From the NCBI GenBank assembly GCA_026026165.1, contig JAPEUD010000010.1, positions 372,001-436,000 of the forward strand: a stretch of 64,000 nt of DNA. Direction: 5' to 3'. This DNA is from Sarea resinae. Its lineage: Eukaryota. Of the stretch, positions 22,519 to 34,045 are shown one piece after another. A program made the translations under genes and the position numbers. The notes beneath the pieces are model-generated. The model made no database searches, was not told the DNA's origin, and saw only the letters and a list, made by a program, of their open reading frames with translations. The number at the start of each line of letters is the position of its first letter. The first letter of the stretch is position 1.

Positions 22519-24028
22519 AATGGGCCGCCAGATTGATTGCAAATGTCTAACGTCTCGAAGGGCAATATATCAGCGTCTTCGCTGGAGGTCTAATTTGCCG
22601 TCAATGCAGTTGCCGTCAATGCAGTGGAATCCGTGAACCAGGTCCCGGAATCTTTCATCAGCCGTCAAAGACGACTCCCTCTGCTCAGCCCCACTCGTGT
22701 TTCACAGCCGTGCACTGATGATTCAGCTCAGCCCAGAAAGCCACCCAACGAGTGATTCGAAACGAAGTGGAAAATGGACACTTTGACGCCCCAAGTACAA
22801 ATAGCTGATCAACAATCTTAGTCGACTTGGACGGTCTGTACTCCAGGCTGCAGTGACGGTATCGCGACTGATAAGAAGGCCCGATAAGCCTTATCTTTGA
22901 CGATAGCCGGAAGAAGCGAAAACGGGAAATAGATGTTACCAACAAGCGTATCTCACAAGAGCGAAGCAGAGGATTCTCTCTGTGGAGCATAAGGAATATG
23001 AAGAGGTTGAGAGAGACAGCAGAGAGAGCACAGAGAGGAAGAAGAGATCAGATGCTACGCTATCGTGACAGCGTAGATAGGCAGTCATACGGGTGCTCTG
23101 ATCAGCGGCGACTCATCAGAACGGGCAATCCCACGCAAGGTGGGTTACCCCGGATTCGAGCGGCATAGCGAGCGAGGTTGCCCGGGTTGCCCATGGATGA
23201 AGCGCACGGAGCGTACGAAGTATGTAAGGCGGGAGATCGCTGATAGGGAAGTGACCTGCAGAATTACCAGATTGAGGAAAGAGATGTGGCAGATCAGGTA
23301 AAGGGCCGCCTTGACGCCCATACGCCCATGATCTCTTATCAGCAAACCGACGATCGGGTGACTGAGCGCACAGCTGAAGCACTACTGCGCAGTAGAGAGA
23401 CACTGTGGATGAGAGACAGCGAGGTCGGCGCGTGGGAGGGGGCGCTGATAAGAGGACGCCAAGTAACTTGGATATGACTGTACCCTCCAGGAGACCCCCT
23501 GGTAGCGGGCGAGCCAAGTACTGAGTGGTATGCACTACCTCGCGAGCTACCTCCCCCGTAGCACGAAACGACGCCCTGGGGGCGAAACTGGAGGGGAGGT
23601 CCGTGGAGGGGCAACTGATAGCAGGTCGAGTACCTGCGCCATGTACAAAGAACTACCTGCGCAGTACGAAATGAAGTACAAAGTACTCTGCGACCACTGC
23701 TACAAGTATGGATCCATTTAACTTGTTGCTCCGCATTTACCGCCCGTCTCACTAGAGAGATGCAGGTGCTCAGACATGAGATGACTGATCCATATGACTG
23801 ACCATTTGACAAAGATCAACCACAGCATGTTGTAGTGCTTGCAGACAACACGACAGTTGGGGCGTTTCGCATTGTTTTATACTGAAATCGAACAAGAATA
23901 TGAGAATACCTCCAAAAAGGAAAACAAATAACATCATGACCCTTCATTTGATTCAAGGTCAAAGTCCCGTCCTCATTTCCATTATACATTTCGTAAGTCG
24001 TGGCTTGTGAGGCCGCTTGACGATCTTC

Positions 24029-24962
24029 TCACACGAACTCGTCCGCATCCTCGGCGGCCTCGATATCTTCTCCTGGGGTAGCTTTATACTCCGGGTTCGG
24101 GGGAGTATAAGGCGGTCTGAGCTTACAATTAATTCCGGTAGAATGATGAGGATCAGGATGCAAAAAGGATCCTTACCTACCTCAGCCAATTCTTCGCGGC
24201 AACAATGGCCGCGGAACCTGCTGCATAAGCACCCAACAAGCCCCGCCAATTTCCAGACTGCCCAACGGACATCGCGACCAGGTCATAGACCAAGCACGCT
24301 CCAAAGATCCAGTCGCTCATTGCACTTGCTGCAGCGAAGCCCAGGCCTGTGAGGACCTTGACCGGAACAGTCGCAGGGTGGTCTTTGAAAAAGGCTACAG
24401 AGCCGTTGTGTAGGAAGTCGAGGACGCCAATGCCAGCAAATGTCTTCACGACGATATGAGTGAGGACGGAGCCGATAGAGCGTCTATTCATGGGCTTGAG
24501 CTTGGCAATCATGTAGTAAAGCTGCGAAAATGTGTTGATGGTGACGAAGACATGAGCCGCCTTTAGCTGGGCCGAGTTCCAGAAGATCATCCAGACTGAT
24601 GAGAATGTCAAAAAACCATGCCAATCTGCCAGCGGGGATGGGACTCAAGGCCTACCTGCAATGCAAAGATTGCCCACAGTAAAGTAGGGTGCATAGTCCA
24701 CCATCTGCTCCAACTCGCGACTTTCATCCTCGCTCCTTTTGGAGTCCAATCTCCAGAGCTTATACATATACGCGATCTGGAATATCTGCTGAGGAAAGAA
24801 GAAGCCAGCGATGAAATATGGCTGGGGACTGAAGAAAGATAAATTTGCGTCATTGATATCCTTCATATTCGGCGACGAGAGCATGCCGTACTGCTGAGCA
24901 GCAAAGTTAAATAGAAAGGCAGCGGGTGCCATCCATCTGGCGGTGCTCAGACTGACAGCCAT
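24029..24962 (-). CDS. Conserved multi-pass fungal membrane protein of unknown function
   Basis: Three exons: MAVSLSTARWMAP..FFSPQPYFIAGFFFPQQIFQ..GNLCIA | VWMIFWN..THIVVKTFAGIGVLDFLHNGS..WL | RPPY..DEFV-stop. Splice sites are canonical and there are several hydrophobic helices. Confidence 0.8.
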
Positions 24963-26488
24963 GAGAACGAGACGATGAGACGATTTACTTTGACTCTTCA
25001 ATCGGCGGGGAGACTGAAACACGTCGATGAGAATAAAGTTGACTGAAGTTGTTCTTATTTTGTTGTAAACAAGGTCGAGGTAAGTCGGCCATGCCGTTTT
25101 AGAACAGCTCTCGTAGTGTTGAGGTCATTCATTCTCGACGCAGGTAAGCTACCTACCTACTTGAGTAGGTTACTGTATGTAAGGTAGCGTTGTGTAAGGT
25201 AAACAGCGCCAAATGTCGTCCTTACGTCTACAGTGAGGAACTACTCGTGTTATGATTAAAATGAAATTAGAATAGTGATTCTGAAGGATCATGCTAAAGA
25301 AGGACCATACTGAGACGCTGTGTCCAGAATACTGGCTGGAATATCCGCAGAACTTGGTTTCTCTTGAACGACTCTTGAACTTCACCCAGCTGACTCGAGC
25401 ACTCAAACTCCGGAGTAGGGGCAACAATGATGATGTCAACCAGTCCATACCATCCACCCCACGATTGAAAACGACATCGGAGTCGGGCTATCTGCAACTC
25501 CGGCTGCTAGGATCCATGAGCTACCTTACCTACCCGTGGACCTAGGTAGTACCGTAACTTCGTACCTTCCAGGTTAGTCCTGATATCCATGGATTGAACT
25601 CTCATAAGGCGCAGGGCAGACAGACCCTTAGGGAGTCCTACCGTAGCCCCAAATTTGCAATCCATCGATCAAATCCATGTCGATGGATCTTCTCTTTTCC
25701 CGTACCCTATTCTACTCCGTAGAGGCGGTCTACTGCGCCGTATGAGTACCTTGCCTACCTGAACGTTTGAAGTCCACTATGGCAGAACTGCCGAAACAAG
25801 CGCAACGGCAACGAGAACACCGTCTCTCGCTTCAGTACGGTGCGCTCCCCTAGTGGCTACTAAACCCTCTACTCTACTTCGTACTGAGCCCACAGAGTTG
25901 GGCGTGCAAAATTAAAGACTCTCGACTCGAGATGGACCGTGGCAAGGAGATCGGAATTAAGTTCCGGATGAGCCATTATTATTTATGGATTAATGATCAG
26001 TTGCATCTGTGGATTAATGATCAATTGACTACAACACGATTCAGGACTCTTACGTACTCTACTGGAATTTTCGTTCTGTCTGCTCTGCTAATCTTCGGGG
26101 AAGCTCAGGGCAAGTTTCCTATTTCGCTGTTGCTCCGAACGAGGGAACTGGTCGTCGCGTTCGCGTTCCATCCTCACCGCTGCAGACTTAGCTTATCGGC
26201 CAACACCATCATTCTTCGGCGTTACTGCATTACAATACCTATCAAGCCATTGCTTCAGTCTTCCCTAAAACTATGCCCCTATTCCTAATGCTCACTACTG
26301 TGGGGTGTGGCTGGACTTGTTTAGATCAGCGCTGTCTATCGGTAACGGTTATAGAATCTGCCGAGGTCTTCGTCAGGGCAGTTCTTTTAAAAAAGCTGCT
26401 CAATCCGCACAGCCTGGGTCATTATTGAATCAGAGACAGTAAATTCCTTTGCTTCCTCAGATATTCATCGTCGTACAAGCAGATAACA

Positions 26489-27696
26489 ATGACATCGAAT
26501 CTCCCTAAGACGTACAAGGCGGCCGTCTTCGAAGAGGTGCATGGACCTCTGGTCATCACAGATGTCGAGCTTCAGCTACCAAAGGAAGGAGAGATTCTAA
26601 TCAAGGTCCTTGCCACAGGAGTCTGCGGTACTGATCTGGGGGAGCAAGCTGGCTTGCTATGGAACTCCTTGTACGTGCTCCAGTGACAATAAGATGGATT
26701 CACCACTAATAATATCGTCTCTTTCCTTAGTCCCATAGTTCCAGGCCATGAGACTATTGGTGAAGTCGTCGCAGTCGGACCAAATGAGAAGGTGTGGAAG
26801 ATTGGGGACCGTGCTGGTGGAGCGTGGCATGGTGGCCAAGACGGTACCGACAATGCTCTGTTGTGATGCGAAAGGACACTGTTGACGATTTTTCTGCAAC
26901 GCCCAGGAAGCTGCACGGCTTGCCGACGTGGCCTATTCAACATGTGCGCCAACCAAATCGTAAATGGCGTTACTAAGGACGGTGGTTGTGCGTCTTGACT
27001 CTCTTCCGCCCCTTTCCCTCCTCGCAATCGCTTACCCAAGCCCTCTCAGTCGCCGAGTACGAGATCCTTCATACCTCTGCAGCGGTGCGAATCCCGGCCG
27101 GTATCGACCCGGCGAAAGCAGCGCCCCTCCTCTGTGCCGGCGTGACGGTTTTTGCCAGCATTCGCAAGCAACATACTCCGCCTGGCTCTACAGTCGTCGT
27201 CGTTGGCCTTGGTGGACTAGGCCATCTTGCAGTCCAATACGCTGCCAAGATGGGATACCACGTTGTCGCCATCTCCTCGTCTTCCTCCAAGGCTTCCTTT
27301 GCCCACCAGCTCGGTGCCCACGACTATATCGATACCAGCAAACAGGACCTTGTGGAGACACTCAACGCCATGGGCGGAGCTGCCTTGATCGTCTACACTG
27401 CTCCGAGCCCGAAACTGCTTCCGTCGCTGCTCAATACGTTCCAGCCTGCTGGGAAACTGCTTGTGCTGTCACCGTGCGGTGACTTCCCCGTGTCGAGTGC
27501 CATTTTGATCCAGAAAGGAGTTTCGGTAACGGGGTACGCGACGGGAACGGCGCTGGATAACGAGGAGGCGATTGCTTTTGCGGAGAGACATGGGGTGGAG
27601 TGCTTGATCGAAAAGTTCCCTCTCGCCGAGGCGCAGAAGGCCTTGGAGCACACGAAGAGTGGGAACGTGAGATTCCGGAGTGTGCTCGTCATGTGA
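26489..27696 (+). CDS. Zinc-dependent medium-chain alcohol dehydrogenase
   Basis: Four exons; motifs GVCGTD, PGHE..GEV, structural-Zn loop DGSC..C...C, LCAGVT, GLGGLG and C-terminal RFRSVL. Confidence 0.93.
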
Positions 27697-28886
27697 TGAG
27701 CTTTACGTACTATGAGTACCTTACGTAGTAGATGAAAGCAGGAAAAATCACGTCGAGAAATGATGGCCTCTGTGACAGGCTTGGGAGCGAACATGGTTGC
27801 CAGAAGTCGTGACATTGGATGACATTCATTCCAGACGAGGGCCTAGGCCTTCCCAAGGTTCCCAACTCGAGGACTTTGGTATCCTCGTATCCTCGTACAT
27901 GGCTGCAGACTTGACACATTCGCCATCACTGGTCATGAGAGCTGGAGCCATGGCACGATCATGATCGATGCTCCCTCTTCATCATCGTGACCTCTCGGCC
28001 TCCATCTACTTTATATACCTAGTAGGTATCATTCTGCCCGGCCATTCACTTCAAATCGGGCATGTTCGAAGGCCCCTCAGTGGAGTACTCCTAGTAGGAA
28101 CAGCCCCAGGGCCTTCTAGTGCACGCCTATCACACACTCTAAATGAGACGGCCAACCTACCTTAGGTAGTAGGTACCTGTAGGTACGTACTGCAGCAGTA
28201 CATACTCCGAGTAGTCAGCCGGCTATCGATGGTGTGCGACAGGTACCACTGGTGCGACAAGCGCCCGTGGCCTCGCTAAGCCGCTTCGGGAACTGGAGCG
28301 GTCAACCTCCTGGTCTGCGTCCGCTCGTTCGAGTAGTTCCCCTAAATTTGGGGAAAAGCGAGAGAGCCACAGCCAAAAATCCCCAGCGCCCCGTCACTGG
28401 CCCGGCACCTCACTTTCCATCTTCTTGCAGCCTGCACATAGCCTGGGTCCAAGGCATCACAGTCGCTCATTATTCTTATTCTCTTTTGGTCTCTGGCACC
28501 CTTCCTTGCTCCAAGCACTTGTATAATTCGTCGCCGGCAGACGTGCTTGCTGGCTCAACCATTTTCCCCGCCTCCTTTATTTCTCGTCCATCGCCTGCAT
28601 CCTTGCCGTCCGCGCTCGTTGCCAATCCACTTACGAGAGCCAGTCCTCTCGAGCAGTCCATCTTTCAGCAAAGAGAGGTCAGCGCGTCCGGGACGCATCT
28701 TTCAGTCCTTTGAATAGAAAAGTTCATGAGTTCGACGACTACTTTTACGAGACAATACCCGCCCACCAACTGGCCGAATCACGAGGACTAAAGGGCTTTG
28801 GCTGGCTGGGGATCGCGCCGTGATTGACTGAGGACTGCCGAATCGTTAGATTTCTAGCCATCTGGGGACTTGTTCTCTGGTGCAGT

Positions 28887-31763
28887 ATGACGCGACCTCA
28901 GATAATTCGAGCCGGTGCGTCTTTTCATTGTGAATCGCGGGTTCTCTCCATTCGATCTCAGCGTTCGCGAGAACGTGAGACCACACTCTCTCGTGATCAA
29001 AGCTAATGTCTAGGTCCTTCGTATTAGATACAATCGACCTCCAAGACCAAGATGCGCCGTCTGCGAAAGACCATAGCCGACTGCCCGCGAATCCATCACG
29101 CCGGGGTGGACCGTCACCTCATCAAGCAGAGGCCTTGAAAAACGTCGCAGAAGAGCAGAATGTGGAGCAGGCGCAACGCAGTCCCCGGGTTTCACTAGAG
29201 TGGAGTGAAGGCGTTGAAAGTCTGCGAGAGGAGCCGCAGTCATATGACGATGAAGAGGAACGGGGCCGACAACCGCAGCAACAAGACAATCTGGCCGTTC
29301 AGCAAAACGGTGGTAATGGGGGTCTTACGGAAGATACGGACTTAGCAGATTCTGAAGGGGATGATGGTCTAGACGATGACATGATGGATAAGATATCTAG
29401 TTCGCCCTCGATCGATGACGGTAGGTCATGCCGATTCCGATTTTCCTTCACTACTCGACGAGCGACGTCGTGATGCATCCTTCCTCTATGTATTCCACTA
29501 TCGCGAACTGGTGTGGGAAGTGATGATCATGGCTTTAATGATTTCCCATATCTCATTCACCACTCGTTTTCTGGTTTGGGATGTGGAGAGCTAATGTCCT
29601 CTAGAAGATATCGATTTCGAGTTCGTCTACGCGCTGCATACGTTTGTTGCCACTGTCGAAGGGCAGGCCAATGCTACGAAGGGTGACACCATGGTGCTTC
29701 TCGACGATAGTAACAGTTACTGGTGGCTCGTCAGAGTAGTCAAGGATAGCAGCATCGGCGCGTATAGATTCATTCTATGAATGAGAAAGGTTCTAACGAT
29801 ATCTTGCCAGGTTACCTTCCAGCAGAGCATATTGAGACGCCCACCGAGAGACTTGCCCGACTCAATAAACATCGGAATATTGACGTAAGTCTACGCTCCA
29901 GGCCTTTTTGATAATATCTAGCTGAAGCCTTGTAGTTGTCGCAAACTATGCTGGGTGATAACCCTGAAAAATCCAAGAACCCACTCAAGAAAGCAATGAG
30001 ACGACGCAATGCAAAAACTGTACAATTTACTGCTCCCACCTATTTCGAAGCATCAGATGTCGAATACTCCTCTTCCGAAGAGGACGGTGAGGGGGAGTTC
30101 TTTGGTAACGAGGAGGAGGCAACCGAATCGCAGCAGGCGCAACAAGAGGATGACGACGATACGGCAACGGTGGAGCCTCTGAAGGTGCGAAGCAACGGAA
30201 AAGTCGCCAAAACTGAATCCAAGGTTCAGGCAGATCCATCACGGGAAGCTTATGAAGAGGAGCAAATAACGATCATGGAAGCATCGAGAATGAGTGAAGA
30301 TAGTCTAGACCGCCAGGGCGATGGCGCATCTGCTAAGTCGCGAAACGGCACTGTACGAAACACGGACTCGTTCTTTAAGGACGACAATGTCGAGACGCGT
30401 AAGATCACACTGACACCCAATCTGCTGCGAGACGACTCGAATGGCTCGCTCACCTCTCCAGTTGAATCAAAAGAGGTAATAGATTCCTATCTCAAGGTTA
30501 TTCCAAGTTTGCTAATTCCACTAGATCAAACCGAGAACAAGTACAGAGACCCTTGAAAAGACCGTTTCACCTCCTGAGAAAGCAAAGGATGATAAAAAGA
30601 AGAAGGAGAAGAAGGCAGGAATGCTGAGCGGGCTTTTCAAGCGAAAAGATCGAAAGACGAAGGGGCCAGATGATGATGGCGACGACGCGGAAAAGCATTC
30701 TGACGAGATATCCCTTGATCCTTCGCCACAGCCGAATGGCTCAGAGGAGTCCTCACCTCTAGAACCAAGCGCCTCCCTTTCCTGGCCACAACCAGCTCAG
30801 CAACAACCACAGCCACAGAGGCAGTCTAGCAAGCTGCAGAAACAACCTCCCGCCAATCATGTGATTGCTCGCGACCAAACATCCACAACAGAGCCTGATG
30901 GACGAAAGCAGGGGAATTCAAATATCCCTGCACCTGACCGGCCAGCGCCTTCCCTTGACGAGTCAGCACCTACACTGCGCCTTGTCGAACCAGAGATAGA
31001 ACAGCGCTCTGCTAAGCCCGCTCCTCTTCGCATTCGATCTCCTGAACCACCAACCGAGCAAGGTGCCACATTAGAGCCCAAAAAGGAGCCCAAAGTTGGC
31101 GGAGGTAAATTTTCGCCCATCACGAACATGCTCAAATCCTCAAATTCAACGCCATCGGAGCCGAAGCCAGAAAAGGTCAAGAAGGCTAAGAATCGGGTCG
31201 AGCTTGATGACTTCGATTCGTCTCCAGATATCGAGGAGAATGTGGATTCTTTCGCACGAGGCCATCCTGAAAGCCCAGCCGTAGAAACATCGGAGGTTAC
31301 TAATGAGCGGTTATCTGAGTCGCCCATCGAAGTTTCTCCCGTGGATGCCCCCCATTCCAGCCACCACCCCCCTGGTTTGGTAGTAGACACGTCATCACAA
31401 GAGGAGGACCGTACTGCATCTCCCGTGTCCCCTGTCTCGCCTTCCTCGACGCCTGAAATGATAGAGGAGCATGATGCCAAAAACTACGGAGATACGCCGA
31501 CATCCACAGGCCAGACTTCAACCGCAAATTCCACCTGGAGTGACGCTAGTCTGCGAACTTACTTCGAAGACGACACTGATATTCGCGATTTACTCATCAT
31601 AGTCCACGACAAATCTGGTGTCGTCCCTGCCGGACCCGATCATCCGATCACGGGTTCTCTGTTCCGAGAGGAGACTGAGAGTTTAGCACGTATCACCACG
31701 CAGCTTGACTCACTGCTTGAAGATTGGCTGGCTAGGAGGTCGAAAACTACGGCTGTACGATAG
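28887..31763 (+). CDS. teaC: SH3-domain cell-end marker / PP1-targeting protein (TeaC/Tea4/Bud14 family)
   Basis: MTRPQIIRA|DTIDLQD start; SH3 domain FVYALHTFVATVEGQA..DDSNSYWWLVRV..GYLPAEHIETPTERLARLNKHRNID; RVxF-type KTVQF; C-terminal WSDASLRTYF. Five introns, one of them GC-AG. Confidence 0.88.
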
Positions 31764-34045
31764 CAGGGATACTTGACCGTTTTCCCTTTGCTTGCATTTT
31801 TCCGACACAAGCGGCTTTTGTTTGAACGGTGTTTGGGCTTCCACTGTTTTGGGCGTTGATACCATTTTGCCTTGGCAGCTTTCTGGATGCTCATGGACTA
31901 CTGAACCTTCCTTTGAGCGCGCTTCGTGAGCGCCCTTGTTTTCATCAACATTTTCTGCGCACTTGGATGCGCCTGATCACTTTTGTGTGGCACAGTCGTC
32001 ATCATCCGTTCTCTTGGGGAGTTCTTTGCTTTTTGTTCTCTTGTCTTGCTTTCTCCGCCAGACAGATATATCATCAATCCGACCTGCAGTCACTACAATC
32101 ATCATTGAGACCTTGACATCAAATCAATATATCAGAGCTGGATGAAATTATGTGAATTTAGAATATGCGTGATGCACGCTTGAAACACGCCGCCCTTAGT
32201 TTCCAATCCTCTCCATTCCCAACGTGTGGTGAGCGTAGACTAAGGAAGAGACATTGGTGAACCCTCCAGTGAATGCTCCTCACTTCTTGTAGTAGACTGG
32301 AGAGATCGAAAGCCCAGAAGGCAGCCATCATTGTTCATCAGTGTTCACCTTCGAGTGATTCCATCTCACCAGACTCCCATTTTTGTTGCGATGCCCGGCC
32401 AAGGATGGCTCTGTATACACTGACGCGTTTTGATAGGCGGTCAGCCCCGATCGAAGAGTCATCATGCAAGGCACAAGACAGGTAAGCCATCTATATCGAG
32501 CGCTACTGTTGCTTTCCAATCTATTATCGTCTTCTTCCCTCGAGTATCAAACAGCGGGGTTGCCGTCATTGCGAGCTGTCACGTTATTTGTTTGCACGCG
32601 TCTGTCATATTGGGAGTGCATTTGAAGCACAGGGAGGACTCGTGGTTCGCTTAGGGGTCGTCGGGGTGGGGGAACCCTCCTATCCGTATGACGGGGGAGA
32701 CAGACTTCCAGTAAGGTGTCTTACGCAGTCGAGACAGTCGGGACTGAATCTCCGTGCGCCCTTGCGTCCTGTCGAAGGCTCGTCTGTTGCCGGTGGCCGG
32801 TGCCGGTGCGCTTTCTTCCCACTCCAGCCCCAGCCCCAGCCGGCGGTGCCCACGTGTAGGGTGTTGGTGGTGGTGGTCTCCAGCTGCACGTTGGCTGTCG
32901 CAATTGGTGGGGACGGGTCCGGAAGGGATCGTGGGGGGCCAGAGGGGGTGGGGAGGGGAATCATGGATGAATCAGAGCGGCCGAACGAGCATGTTCGTCT
33001 TTGTGCTACGGGACAGAGAATAGAAGATGTTACGGCGACTCGACAGTGAAGAGCCTGGAAAGGTCGAGTGCAGCGGACGAACAGTGGAGTCCGGTCTCTC
33101 TCTCTATCTCCCATGGCCCATCTCCTATCTGCCATCCCTGGCTCGCGCCTGGATGATTGACTGATTGATGTATGAATCGATTGTTCGTTTGATCGTCGGC
33201 AGCAATGACATGCACCGAGTACATTATGCACACGGACGGCCGTGTTCGTCCTCGTAATAATAGAGCTCCAACCCTTGCCCGGTGTTGTGTCGCACATACA
33301 TGACGAAGAGAGACGCGGTGAGAGAGAGAGGGAGAGAGAGAGAGAGGAAAAGAGGGAAGTCGGCCATTCTGAGCTTCCGTCCTGTCCTACCTCGAGCTCA
33401 ATCTAACGTTCGACCTGATTAATCCATCTTTTCCTTGCACTATCCTAATCCACTAGGTACTCAAATACCTACTCAAATTCCTTGGTCCTCATCTACTCTC
33501 GCTCTCTTTCTGCGGCATCCCCACCAAACACGCCATCATCGTTGCATCGAGATTTGTGGTCGTCCATCATCCACCGGCTATTTCGTCTCGAACATCTCAT
33601 CGACGACTTCTTGATACTATCATCCTTTTGGGTTGCGTCGTGGGCTCCCCGCCTGATTGAAGCATACTGACACGCCCCGAAGAGTCCAGTCGGAAGGCTT
33701 GGTGAACTTTTCGTGGGGTTTCAATTTCAAATACGCCGAACTCATCCAATTACCTGCGTCGCCGGAGACGTCCGAAGCTATTTTTTGGTTTTCGTTACAT
33801 ACTAGGCGACATCATCCACGCCCGCCTGGCCGCATTCGGCGTGACGTTAAATATTGAAAGTCTTCCCACGCCGACCATTCCCCAAAAGTCGAACCCAGTG
33901 CTAGGAAATAGTCTCAAAACCATCTTCATCCACATCCTGGAGCATAATTCCATCTGCTGCGCGTCTTCAACGGGATCTTGGGCTTCGGAAGTCTTTTGGC
34001 CTCCAACGTCTCCTCTCTCAAGTACCCCGCGCTGTGGCGCTTGGA

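Noticed and set aside
5207..27696. Stop-codon readthrough or cryptic PTS1 signals on the dehydrogenases
   Set aside because: The stops lack the TGA-CTA readthrough context (ADH ends TGA TGA, SDR-A ends TAA TGA), and there are no SKL-like ends.
29421..29604. Long teaC intron with a GTGATGA C-box-like motif; possible snoRNA or stwintron
   Set aside because: No CTGA D box follows it within the intron, and I found no nested splice-site arrangement.
32588..33297. Overlapping 150-200-aa ORFs upstream of the Nnk1-like kinase
   Set aside because: This is GC-rich low-complexity promoter DNA with no domain signal in either direction.
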